This document shows, piece after piece, positions 12,789 through 24,000 of a stretch of DNA of 64,000 nt. The translations under genes and the position numbers were made by a program. Below the pieces are notes generated by a model, which saw nothing but the letters and a program-made list of their open reading frames with translations, ran no database searches and had not been told where the DNA came from. The DNA lies in contig JALAGF010004429.1 in the NCBI GenBank assembly GCA_030167865.1, positions 1-64,000 on the forward strand, in the 5' to 3' direction. Source of the stretch: Craspedostauros australis. Taxonomy: Eukaryota. Each line of letters starts with the position of its first letter. Position 1 is the first letter of the stretch.

Positions 12789-14834
12789 ATGGTGAAGGTT
12801 CCACAAGGCAAACTCGGATATGCCGTGAACGGCGTCGTCGTCTTCCGCCCAAAGCCACACGTGCTGGTTCCGAAGGATGAGTTCAGAACCAGGTTCACAA
12901 AGTACAGGAAAGGGACGATCGGAGTCCGCAGAACACCAAAGGGGAAGAAGAAGACGGCAAGTTCGCGCCCGTACGGCAACGTCAGGGCGCAGAACGAGAT
13001 GTTCCGCATCCTCAAGTTCCATCCCAAGATGGTGGATCTCAGAATTGCGAGCAAGACTGGCAATCTGCAGCTTGCAAATGAAACGCTGGAGTCGATCCAG
13101 CACAATACGGAAGGGATTAGTCTCCCTTTACAGACGTTCATCACCCGACTCGGTTTGCTCGATCAGTCATATGCTCACTTTCGAACTCGCGTGCGAATCC
13201 TCTTCACTCCGGACCTCGAGAATCGAACTGCGATCTACTACGCGTCCCTCTGCGGCCAACAACGCAGCGTCAAGGCATACCTCGCCCTCTTGGTCGCCGC
13301 CCGTCTGTGCCGCCACTCATCCAAGGGAGTCAGCATGATGTTCCAATCCGGAAAAAGAACCTTCCTGGAATGGCTGCTTCGTCTCGACTTCCGCGGCGCA
13401 AGCCAGTTCGACGAAGAGCAGCTCCACCTCTGCGTCCTATCCGGGTTGAACCAGGAGATCCGCAACATCTTCATCAAGAACCGCTACTCTCTCAAGGATA
13501 TCATCGGCTTCACGGGGCCCTTCGCAATTCCTTCCGTCTTTCAGTCCTACTGCCTCCCCAACAGCAAGCACACCTCTACTTCCATGAAGAAGCAGAGAAA
13601 GAAGAGGCCACAGCTGGTCTTCGATGATAGCTTTCACTATTCTCACGCTTGCGGGTACGAGATGTACGATCTGGATGAGATGGACGAGGAGGATTATGAT
13701 GAGGACCGTTATGAGAATTACGATGGTGGCGATCAGGTTGGTCATTCGCACCACCTCGAATCCGAGACCTTTGCCGCAGACAGCAGAGCAGACCGAACCT
13801 TGCTTGACGAGGTCGACAGCGCCACAGCCACATTCATCAACGGGGGAGATCATGCCGACGAGATCCAGGCCCTCGTGGATGAGATTGAAGCGAAAGAACT
13901 TGAAGAAGCCATCGAGCTGTCGACCCAGGATTCAGTCAACGCCATGGATGCTGGCGATGGTGATGACGACAGCGATAGCGACTTCGTTTTGGAATTCTTC
14001 GACGATCACAATGCGATCGTGTCTGAATTCTTCGACATGGAGATCATCCAAGACGACGAGCAATCCACTCAGACAGCGACACCTCGAGCCGCATCTACCA
14101 ACAACGAGCGTCTCAGCCAGCTTCAAGCATCCGTTTCGGACAGTTACAGCGTGGTATCTGTTGACGACAGCTGGGCCGACGCATCGGCCATGACAGGCAT
14201 TTCGAACACCAGCTCGTGGCAAATTGATGGCATGAGCGCAACATGTGATGCCAGCATCGTTTCCAAGCCAGCATCGATGCGATCCAACCACACGCAGGAC
14301 ATCGATATCGTGCCAGATGATCAAGGTATCGGACAGATGGAACAAGCTCCGCCCAGCACTGCCGCAGCGCCAGCAACGCCAAAGCCATTCTCGTACCGCG
14401 ATGCGCTGCTGAGCAGGAAGAAGGCGCCAGCAATTTCAGACCACGAATCGGACACATCATCCTATATTTCCGCCGTCAAGGTGGAGCATCCCGATGTCAT
14501 TTCCGTTTCATCCGCGATTGAGGAAGACATGAAGACGATCCCAAGCAAGGTGAAAGGCGGCAACTCTGCCGGTGCTGGCAGATCCGACGCATCCATCATG
14601 TCCGTTGGCTACGAAAGCTTTGGACCCGACTGTGGCTTCGATGACGATCTTGAGTTCGACGCCGAAGCGATGCGTGATGCGGCCAAGAATTCCGCGGGTG
14701 GCAAGTTGGGCCGCCGGTACAAGAGCGAGGGACGAACTCCGTGGGCACCCTCAGGCCAATCTCTGCGCACTTACCTCAATCATCGCCAACGCCTACCACG
14801 AAAGCAAGGGAAGAGAGTGCGCATGGTTGGCTAG
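12789..14834 (+). CDS. Ankyrin-repeat-like protein with a putative ubiquitin-interacting motif (681 aa)
   Basis: Long ORF. DLRIASKTGNL and DLENRTAIYYASLCGQ resemble ankyrin repeats; EAKELEEAIELS fits the UIM consensus; acidic, disordered C-terminal half. Confidence 0.7.
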   Translation: MVKVPQGKLGYAVNGVVVFRPKPHVLVPKDEFRTRFTKYRKGTIGVRRTPKGKKKTASSRPYGNVRAQNEMFRILKFHPKMVDLRIASKTGNLQLANETLESIQHNTEGISLPLQTFITRLGLLDQSYAHFRTRVRILFTPDLENRTAIYYASLCGQQRSVKAYLALLVAARLCRHSSKGVSMMFQSGKRTFLEWLLRLDFRGASQFDEEQLHLCVLSGLNQEIRNIFIKNRYSLKDIIGFTGPFAIPSVFQSYCLPNSKHTSTSMKKQRKKRPQLVFDDSFHYSHACGYEMYDLDEMDEEDYDEDRYENYDGGDQVGHSHHLESETFAADSRADRTLLDEVDSATATFINGGDHADEIQALVDEIEAKELEEAIELSTQDSVNAMDAGDGDDDSDSDFVLEFFDDHNAIVSEFFDMEIIQDDEQSTQTATPRAASTNNERLSQLQASVSDSYSVVSVDDSWADASAMTGISNTSSWQIDGMSATCDASIVSKPASMRSNHTQDIDIVPDDQGIGQMEQAPPSTAAAPATPKPFSYRDALLSRKKAPAISDHESDTSSYISAVKVEHPDVISVSSAIEEDMKTIPSKVKGGNSAGAGRSDASIMSVGYESFGPDCGFDDDLEFDAEAMRDAAKNSAGGKLGRRYKSEGRTPWAPSGQSLRTYLNHRQRLPRKQGKRVRMVG

Positions 14835-15321
14835 GCACGCCAATGAGATCAGCGCTCTCCTTCGATGCATGGTATGGACGACATACTACCATGTCACGAA
14901 TAGTCGTACAGAGAAATAAAATAGCGCCAGACGAGTGATACGAGCATCTTCTTTCCTTAGAGAACATTCCAAGCAATATAGTATTCTATTATATGATGTC
15001 ATACTATTCTATATTCGACTCTCAAGCATGGATGGACTTGCCTACAAGCGCAAGTATTAGATGTAGTGGTACACCATGATGTTGCAGATACGAGGTCTGC
15101 TACCACATCCGTATCCAAGATTGGGAATTGCGCGAAAACAGCACAAAGAGAAACACACAACAAAACAAAATCGAGGCCGCGAGAAAGTCGTCGACATCGT
15201 TCGGGAAACTGACACATGCAGAACCTCCTCTCTGCCCTCTCTGTACGAGTACCCCGCTCGTCCCACCACACAAGCCAACGCTTCGTCGTCGTCGTCGTTG
15301 CTGCTCTGATACGCGTAGAGG

Positions 15322-17142
15322 ATGCCACGCATGACATCTGAGGCTGTATCGAAGACATCAAATACGAGCGCAAGTGACATCTGCCTCAGCCAGCGCAACA
15401 GATCACGCACGTTGATCGACACAAGACAGAGGAACAAGAAGCAGGGACGCCAGGCAATCGCCATCTTCGCCATGCTCGCTTTCTTTTCGGGAGCTTTGCT
15501 GCTGTCCACCAACCAACCCGCGGAATGGCTGCCAGCGTCTGCCTCTGCAACTCATGGACATGGCGATGGTCACAGCCACAATGGTCGTCATGGTCATCAT
15601 GGCCATCAAGGAGGGATTGAATTGATTGCCCACGAGCTCAGGTCGAAAGGGTTCTACCGGTTGAAATCATCCGATGAGACTCCATCGTCCCAGCATGGGA
15701 CCAAAGGGCGATCCAGCGCTGGTTGGAAAATCATAGACATCCCCAATCTCCATGAGAGTCATTCTCACCATCTTGACATCCACAGTAACCATCACAACCA
15801 CAATCACAACGATGCAGATCCTCATGCAAACATGCCAAGTCTTCCGCATGAAGAGCTGTGCATTCCTTCGACGATACATGGCGGACAAGCGGTGGATGGT
15901 ATGGCTGAGGCTGTCATCGGCCATTTGACGGATGCGCTGACCGAAAGTTCCACAGGCAAGATGACATGGAATCAGCATGCCCGCGACGTCTTCGTTCCTT
16001 TGCACCCAGACCTTGCGTTGGCGTTTGGCAAGTGCGGAAGCACCAGGCAACATTCATATTCAGACAATGGCAGCAGCGGCAGTCCCGGAACTGAGATTGC
16101 GATGAACGTTACTTCTGCCGACGTAACTGGATCATCGTTGTGGAAATTCATGAACGACGGCGCTCGTTCTTCGAAATCGGTTGCCGGTCATCGTCATCAT
16201 GAATCCGCCACGCGTGGGTTCTTCGTCATGGAGTTGAAGAGCAATTACCTCCACGACAGCAACGCAAATGTCAATGATGAGCACGATGCCCATGCCCATG
16301 CCCGTGCCCACCACGACCATAATCACCACCATGATGAGCATGCGAGCCAACAGCGATCTCTCACCGAATCGGCATCAGTGTCAACAACACCGCTGTCAAC
16401 AGTTTGGATCGTTCATGACTACAACAAGTGGGAAGCACATGTGGGAGAAGCAGTCGTCAATTCTTCCAACCGCATCCGGATGAAGATGCACTCCATCTCC
16501 GCCAGCGGTAGCAGTCAACTAAAGCTATCCTCGTCACCAACAGGAAGTGGAACAGAGATGGGGATGGATATGGGCAACGACTTCTGCAAGGGGATGTTCA
16601 TGACGATGTCCATGACCGGCTTCCAATCGACCTTGTGGAGGGGTCAGGAAGAGGAGAAAGACAAGCCACACTGTCTCAATTACTTGACGCCCGGCTGGAA
16701 ACTGAAGGACGCATCTTCCTTCCGCGGTGCTGTGCTCTACACATTCCTCATTGCCATTCTCACGGAGTGGTTCTCGTCGTTGCAAATGCCATTGCGCACG
16801 CAATGGCGACCCACCACGCCGACGGGTAAAAAGGCGCGACGTCTGGTCCTTGCCCTATCTTACGGCATCAACCAATGGTTGGGATACCTGATCATGATCA
16901 TCGCCATGATGTTCTCCTACGAGATGTTCGCGGCGCTGGTAATTGGATTGATGGTCGGCAACGTGATCTTTAGCAAGAACGGAGCGCACAAGCCCTTCGA
17001 TACACCCAACCAGTCGCATGCACTCTCAGCTTCATCAACGTCGCCATCACGTCAGCCAGACGATGCCCTGGCCTCGCCGGGACAATCGCCGCCGGAGGAA
17101 GAACCGTTGCTCGAACAATCGTCCACTCTGCGCAGACGATAG
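15322..17142 (+). CDS. Ctr/COPT-family copper transporter with a long His-rich N-terminal domain (606 aa)
   Basis: Met-rich MGMDM..MFMTMSMTGF, then W..(A)VLYTFLIAILTEW (TM1), YLIMIIAMMF (MxxxM, TM2) and VIGLMVG (GxxxG, TM3). Confidence 0.85.
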   Translation: MPRMTSEAVSKTSNTSASDICLSQRNRSRTLIDTRQRNKKQGRQAIAIFAMLAFFSGALLLSTNQPAEWLPASASATHGHGDGHSHNGRHGHHGHQGGIELIAHELRSKGFYRLKSSDETPSSQHGTKGRSSAGWKIIDIPNLHESHSHHLDIHSNHHNHNHNDADPHANMPSLPHEELCIPSTIHGGQAVDGMAEAVIGHLTDALTESSTGKMTWNQHARDVFVPLHPDLALAFGKCGSTRQHSYSDNGSSGSPGTEIAMNVTSADVTGSSLWKFMNDGARSSKSVAGHRHHESATRGFFVMELKSNYLHDSNANVNDEHDAHAHARAHHDHNHHHDEHASQQRSLTESASVSTTPLSTVWIVHDYNKWEAHVGEAVVNSSNRIRMKMHSISASGSSQLKLSSSPTGSGTEMGMDMGNDFCKGMFMTMSMTGFQSTLWRGQEEEKDKPHCLNYLTPGWKLKDASSFRGAVLYTFLIAILTEWFSSLQMPLRTQWRPTTPTGKKARRLVLALSYGINQWLGYLIMIIAMMFSYEMFAALVIGLMVGNVIFSKNGAHKPFDTPNQSHALSASSTSPSRQPDDALASPGQSPPEEEPLLEQSSTLRRR

Positions 17143-17484
17143 GGACAGATTGGGAAGAGATGGTCTCTCTGCATACGCACCCTACATAGCAGTTTTATTG
17201 GTCAATCGTACGAGTATGCATGCGCCGGCGGCGATCATACAATATTGTATAATATCATGCAACGTCACTAACAGCTGGAATATCACGATAGTAGTCTCCA
17301 TTTGCATGAGTAGAAAGTGGATCTCAGCGTACTCGTACTTGTATTGCGCTAGAGTGCTCTGCTTGAATTCTCGTTGTCATCCTGTCACATTTGCAATCGA
17401 CTTGGAGACTAATCGTGCTCGTAGGTGTTGGCTGCCATCAATAGAATACTCTACTCTGCTCTGCTCCACTGCGCTCTACGACTC

Positions 17485-18180
17485 TCAGGGCGAACCCTCC
17501 ACGATCATGGCAACTTCATTGCGCCTCAGAAAGTTCGGTGTGACGACTGGGTCGTGGTATCCGTACACCAGGGTATCATCCCGTGATGGTTTGAGGTCGA
17601 CCGTGTTCAAAGCATTTTGAATGGTCTGCTTTTCGTCATTGATGCGCTCCTCCTTGGGCGGTGGCCCCGCGAACGAACGCACGGCGAGGGTGTGCGCCGC
17701 CACTTTCCGCAGCTTGACCTTCCTGTCAGATGGGATCGGCAGGGTCTTGAGCGTGTAATCGCCCCCCATCACGAAGGACAGCGTCGTCTTGCGACCACCG
17801 CCGATCGTGCGCACGGGCGCCGTCATGGCCATCTTCTCGGAACTGTCCTCCTGCGTCCGGAAGAAGGATGCCGGCGAACTGCGCGATTTGTTCTTGCCAA
17901 AGATGTATCCCGCGCACTTGCGGAATCCTTCCTTCGTGGCCGTCTTCATGCCGGATGCCTCGGTCTCGGCCACGATGTAAGGTTCGTACCGCCGCAGTTC
18001 GACGCCGCCCGGCAGCTGCTGCAGGACTTTGTACTTGGGCTTCTCGAGCTTCTCGGCGACCCTCCAGGCGTAGAGCCCGGTGCCGAAGCGCGCCGAGAAC
18101 AGGACCGCGAGCAGACCAGCGAATGCCTTCCCCACCCAACCGGAGAGGATGCGTTCAACGGAACCCATAGCGACAGTCAT
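17485..18180 (-). CDS. SOUL heme-binding family protein (231 aa) with N-terminal hydrophobic segment
   Basis: LEKPKYKVL..VELRRYEP, GFRKCAGYIFGKN, EKMAMTAPV, LSFVM, YHDPVVTPNFLRRNEV. Confidence 0.93.
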   Translation of the reverse strand: MTVAMGSVERILSGWVGKAFAGLLAVLFSARFGTGLYAWRVAEKLEKPKYKVLQQLPGGVELRRYEPYIVAETEASGMKTATKEGFRKCAGYIFGKNKSRSSPASFFRTQEDSSEKMAMTAPVRTIGGGRKTTLSFVMGGDYTLKTLPIPSDRKVKLRKVAAHTLAVRSFAGPPPKEERINDEKQTIQNALNTVDLKPSRDDTLVYGYHDPVVTPNFLRRNEVAMIVEGSP

Positions 18181-18467
18181 CGTGGTCTTCGTTGTCTGTC
18201 TGTTTGCTTGTTTGTTGATGTTGATGTTGATGTATTTGGGTGCTGTTCCTTGGATTCGGTGGATCTGTTGGATCCGGTGGGCGGTACAAGTATAATAGCT
18301 CTCAGTGCGAGTTGTGCTGATGGATGATTTGGATACGATCTGGATCTGTCAACGCATCTCGCGCAGCATCACCATGACTGATGGTGATGTGTTGCTGGGT
18401 GTTCGTGCGTTCATGTGTGTCAAATGTTCGTTGCCAACCAACGGAGCACGGATTCCTTCGTCTTCGT

Positions 18468-18475
18468 TGACGTCA
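18468..18475. promoter_or_regulatory. TGACGTCA palindrome in the divergent promoter of SOUL and the 19560 gene
   Basis: Perfect palindrome 288 bp upstream of the SOUL ATG; function inferred. Confidence 0.45.
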
Positions 18476-19179
18476 GAGCGAGACCATGTGATGATGTGTC
18501 AGTCGTGAATAACGGTGAACAAGAGCCAATCAGCGCAGACACCCAAACGCGTCGTGTGTGGGTGGGGCACGTGGTAACGGTACCGGCAGGGCTGCTCTTC
18601 ACCGCGTTTCGAGATTCCCAATCACGCGCCATTCGGAACCTCGCTCACGCTGTGTGAGGTTTCTCCCTGTCGTGCATAATTTCATGGAACACGGGTGGTT
18701 GAAGTGATGGTCCACCAATCAAGCTTCACACAGAACAGCATGGAATGAAATGGAATTGTTAGAAAACGGCCCCAGTACCCGTTGTGAGTGCGATTTTGTG
18801 TGCGACGTTGAAGCAAGCGATGGAAACCATCCAACACAGCGCGAGACGACAAGGCAGACCACAAATACTTTCTTCCCGCCACACCAAACGCTCAACAAAC
18901 ACGAACACGTTGCACAACGGGAAGACGGAATTTCCTCTCAACTCGCGGAGTGCAACCACGATAAATCACGATAAAAACCACGATCACCAAATTCCAACCA
19001 CAAACCAACAACCCATCGCATCGACTTTTGCAGAGCCGAATCTCCACAGACCAAGGGACACAAACCACGACACAGAGACACAGAAACGCACACAACAGCC
19101 ACCACACACCAAAAGCCACAATAATCGCACACAAAACCACAGCAACGACAACGACAACAACAACAAGGAACAGTATCAT

Positions 19180-19235
19180 CAGCAACAGAAGCAGCAACAG
19201 AAGCAGCAACAGAAGCAGCAACAGAAGCAGCAACA
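19180..19235 (+). repeat. 12-bp tandem repeat (CAGCAACAGAAG) x4+
   Basis: Read directly; lies within a long CA-rich leader upstream of the ATG at 19560. Confidence 0.9.
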
Positions 19236-19559
19236 ACAGCAACCATCATCGACATGCTTGGAGTATTGGCATTGCCACAACGCATTCATTCACCTTCTTG
19301 CCTGGACTCTCACGCTCACTCTCACAGTGACTCTTGCGACATCGCACTGCGACCACCAACACAAACAACAGGAACACCGCCGATTGGGACTCAGGACGAA
19401 AGCGAGCCCCTTGTGACAGCCGCGCACAGAGACCAGTGGCGGGAGAAACAGGAAGGTCCAGTACCGGCATCGTCAAAGCAATCTCACACGAACCACCACG
19501 CAAGTCAGAACGCACAACAAACCAGAGATCAAGAACAAGACCAGAGCAGAAGTCAGACC

Positions 19560-20096
19560 ATGGCCTCCGCAAGAAACGGCAAGACCCGCGGGAGTTTCAG
19601 CATGGAACGACCGCAGCTGGGGCGCATGCGATCAAACGAGTACAAGGGAGATTCCATGCTTTCCATGACGCTCGATGATCTCAACGAGGGCGGCAGCATA
19701 CACACAACACGAGGCAGCTTCACGCTATCGTGCTGGGACAACCAAACCAGCGACCTTTTCACCACTCACGAGGAAGGCTGGGAACAAGCCTCCAACCTCC
19801 AATCATCCGCCATGGAACGCCGCTCGTCGCACGCCAAAACCAGGCGACGATCGTCGCGATTTGGAATGCCACCGCGCGCGCCTCTCTCGCAGCAACACCT
19901 CATGTTCCAACCGCAGCACCAGGATCGAAAGGTCCGCTTCAACCTCTGTCCGGACATTCAGGAGATTGATCGGGTCGAGCTGCGGGACTATCACCTGATT
20001 TATTATGGCGCCAACGAACTGCAGGAGATCATGAACGACTTCAAATTGGAGGAACGCGAGGCTGGCAGAGTCGTCACCTTGCCGCGCGGAGGTTAG
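19560..20096 (+). CDS. Small hypothetical protein (178 aa) with C-terminal RKVRF...YYGANEL motif
   Basis: ATG in good context (ACCATGG) after a CA-rich leader. The C-terminal VRF..(W/Y)Y...E pattern looks like one that recurs in diatom hypothetical proteins. Confidence 0.7.
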   Translation: MASARNGKTRGSFSMERPQLGRMRSNEYKGDSMLSMTLDDLNEGGSIHTTRGSFTLSCWDNQTSDLFTTHEEGWEQASNLQSSAMERRSSHAKTRRRSSRFGMPPRAPLSQQHLMFQPQHQDRKVRFNLCPDIQEIDRVELRDYHLIYYGANELQEIMNDFKLEEREAGRVVTLPRGG

Positions 20097-21071
20097 ATCG
20101 CAGCACGAGGGGCGTCATGGCATTCCTTTCCACTCATCCAATGCGGCACGCAGTCCACTCGAGTACGCAATGAGCATGCTCTTCCAACGTACTTGCATGG
20201 TGTGCAGAGTGGATGTGGAATGGTTCTCCATGGAAAGGAATCGAGTCATTGGGTTTGGGAACACGATCCATGAACTGAAGAGATTGATGACGAAGTGGCT
20301 CAACAGGGGCAACTGAAAGAGATACACGAAGCAACAACAAGAGAGAGAGCGACAACAACAACAGCCACACTCACAATCAACATGAGATAGAGCATATCAC
20401 GCAGTGGTACCGGCGCATTCGAAGATTGCTCGTGCGCATTGATCCGAACCGCGAAGAGATACAAGCAGAGCGAAACGAAGAGAAGGAGAAGCATTGATGC
20501 GAGTGCGATGCACGCAACAGCTGCCAACCGAAGATCGTACATGACAAGAGCCAGAACATATCCATACGCCTCCCCGACACTTCATCTGACCGACAGAAGT
20601 TTCCAATCTTCACACAAGTACCATACGTCCGAGCTTATTGTTCTTCATTCACCGCTGTCTCTAATTTAAATACTATTTTTGTATCACTACATGTCATCTT
20701 CGCGTAATCGTATGCAAGTACAGGAACGCCACCCCGTCCTCCGCCGCCGGATAACATGCGACAAGTGCCAGTTCTCACCGATTCCGACAATACTTGGTAT
20801 GATAGAAGTTCTTCTCTTGTGAGTGCTATTCCAGAGTATTAGTGCCGTACGCACGTTTCCTGCCGCGCCATCCCAATACTCCAGGGTACTCTATGCTGTA
20901 TTCAAAATTCACCTGCGGAGATGAGCAGAAGGTTGTTATTTCTATGACCCTACCTGTGCCAGCATCAACGGGCTAACGCTGCGCCGAATTGCTACGGCTC
21001 CATCCAATCTGGCTAACTGCTCCAATGACACTCTCTGTCTCCCAAGCGAAGCAGGATGAAGAATATGCTCT

Positions 21072-24000
21072 TCAATTCGGTTTGGCTTCCCTGTCGCCGC
21101 CGGTGGCTGCCTTGTCGTCGTTCTCGTAGAACAGCCGCAGCACGATCACAGTAATGTTATCGGACGAACCCAGATGGATGGCAAGCTCCGTGAGTCGCGC
21201 AGCCTACGGACGTCATGAGGAGATGCGTGTGTAGAACACAGGAGTGCATTGACAACGGTGGATGGTGCGTGGAATGAACACATCATTGTCGGGAATATGA
21301 ACGAGCAAAGGCAGAACATTTGGGAGCGTGCGTATGGAATCAATGTGTGAGGATGGGCGTGAGAGAGACAAGGCGACATTTAGGGCAAGACACCCCTCCC
21401 TCAATCTATTTTGCCGGATGGTAACGAGGGTGCAAAGGGCAGACGCACAAAAGCAAATGCAACCATACATGAAACCAACACGTCCACTCACAGCCTTCTT
21501 CGCGGTCCACTTCTGTCGGAACAGCAGATCTCTCGTCACGCGCACGGCATCATCGGCGTCCATCACATCCCAAAGCCCATCGCAGGCCAGCACGACGAAC
21601 TCCTCCGACACACCCTCCATCCCAACTTCAAATTGCAATGATTCGGGCGTGTTGGCGATCAGGTCGCCTTTGAATCGTTGGCTGTGTCCATCAGGATACG
21701 GCAATGGAATGATGCAATCCCACCAGCCCTCTCCAGCTGCCAGCTTCGCTTGTTGTTCCTCAGCGGCATCCTGCTTGACAGTGGCACTGCTGTCATCGTT
21801 GCTGCCATCAGTTCTATCGGAGGGAGCTTGTGCTCCATCGGATGAACCGGTAGTCACCGCAGCACCACCGTCAGCACTTTGATCTGCGCTGGCGCTGTTG
21901 TACTGGGCCTTGAAGTCCCTATCGCCGATGGCTCTGCTCACAGCCAGCTCGCTGCACACGCGCGATGTCACCATGATGCGGTGGGGAGCGGCGCTGCGTT
22001 GGGTGCTGGACCGGCTTGTTGATCGAGACGATTCTGAAGATGCTGCCGTGCCTGATGTTGTCGAGCAAGCTGGCCCTGATCCAGAGGTGGACGATGCGGA
22101 TGGTTTGACAGCGTCCAATGGACTATTCAGGCACCGGTACAGAATGTCCATCACATCTCGATCCTCCAGGTCCATGCGCCGGATCTGCTCAACGAAGATC
22201 TCACTCTCGGTCACCACCCACCCGTTGGCGGCTTCGATCCTCTTCTTCTCGTCATCTCGCAGCGGACTGTGCACCGGCGTGATTTCCTTCCACATGCACA
22301 TTCGTACTGCATCGCCACGGCTGTTGCCGTTGCCGCTGTTGCTACCTCCGCCGATGTCGTCGGAACGTCTGCGACCATAATCGTCAATCACAACATCCAG
22401 TTCGTTCCATTCCGAGTGTGCATCGTCGCGCTTTTGTGCATCAGGAATCGATCTGCAGATAACACCCCGGCTGTCGCCAAGATTGCTGATCGTGAGGTTG
22501 TTGTCCGCCAGGATGGCAACGAGTGCGGTTGCTCCGGACTCCCAGTCTCGCCCGTCTTCGCTGCAGGTCCTGCAGAAGACGTCGTCCATCTTGACGATGG
22601 CATCGTTCAGCATACGCTGGACGTCCGATGCTCTGAAAGACTTCTTGCTTGGTTGCGGGGTTGCCGTTGCTGTTGTCGTCGCTGTGGCTGTGACTGATGG
22701 TTCGATTTCATTTTCGTTCGAAGGAGCCATCTCATCAGCGACATCACCAGCACCGCGGTGGCGACTGCCTTGAGAGCCGTCACCGTGGACAGAGCTGGCC
22801 TTCACGTTGTCCTTAGTCTCTTCGAAAAGAAAGCGCGTCATCTTCTCGACTGCAAAACGAGCCGCCTCGTCCCCGCAATGCCCGTCGAAGATGGCAAACA
22901 CCGATGGCTTGTGCCGGACTTGAAGTGTGTCCCAAGACACCTGCGATGATCCAGATGCCTTGCTTCCCGTTTTTGTCTCGCCTCCTTCATCTCGGCTCAT
23001 CTTCTGGAATGCGGCGAGCAGATCGTTGTTGATGAAGTACGAATCTTCATTGCTGGGCTTGAACGGCCCACACTCGGATATTGCGCCAACTTCAAATTGG
23101 AGGCTGCTGGTGGAATTCTTGGCGCTGGTTGAAATATCAGCAGTGGTGCTTTGGGCAGAGCCAGCGATATCGCCTGGGGCTCGTTCTACGTCTCCGCCAC
23201 CATAGCAACCAAACGCTTCCGTCGATACGCGGCCGAGCTTGGACGTCTTCCTTGGTTTGTAAACGTCATCCAGTATGGATCCAGTGACGACTTCTGGATT
23301 CGCACATCCCCCGCGTATTTCAGAGCCCGTCCATTTATCGATGATGTCGAGTCTATCTGGCGGGTTGGTCAGACCCAAACCAGTCGCGGCCTCGCTCGGA
23401 GTTGATTGTTGGATTCCTTGCGCGTCGCTTTGCTTGGCGCGTTCTGCCAGCGAGAGCGAGGACGGTCCCTTCCCACCTCCCTTGTTCCGCATGCTCGGCG
23501 GAACATACTTCTGCGATGCGGCCTTCCTCGCACCTGGTGGGATGTACTTGCCTTTCGAAGCTTTCGACTTGTCCTTTGCGAATGGGTTGTCGCGAATCCC
23601 TGTTCGGCCTGGTTTGGAAGGTTGATTGCCTTCATTATTGGTGGTGCCATGACGCCCAGTCACCGAGGCAGTCTTTGGTTGATTCAAGCGCGCAAAAATG
23701 GACGATGTGCCTTGCGGTCCACTTGCTTGACTGGCTGCGCTCGATGCATTCAGTATGCTGGGGCTTTCATTTCGCATCGATGCCACCGGCGGAAACAAGC
23801 CAGTGGGGGCATTCGAGACCAACGCTGAAGACGGCGGTAGAAGTCTTGACTGAAGGCTCGCGCCGATGCCGTTGCTGCGTTGTTGACTGTCATTCGACTT
23901 TGACGTTGTGATCTGCGCACCCATGAAGGAAGACAACGAGGGTGCATTTCCCATCACGTATGGCCTCGATCCGATCACGCCACTGCTGGTATTGCTGCTG

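Noticed and set aside
12347-13144. Cys/Trp-rich VVGCCWLLL repeat ORF
   Set aside because: Antisense translation of the 10-bp minisatellite.
15322-18180. Ctr + SOUL as a copper/heme gene cluster
   Set aside because: Convergent orientation with no shared promoter; adjacency alone is weak evidence in a compact eukaryotic genome.
12621-19235. Tandem repeats as a possible CRISPR array or telomere
   Set aside because: No unique spacers, no cas genes, eukaryotic context, and no TTAGGG-type unit.
18784-19416. 210-aa Q/T/N-rich ORF and its poly-Leu antisense partners
   Set aside because: Non-ATG start; produced by the CA-rich leader and 12-bp repeat upstream of the 19560 gene.
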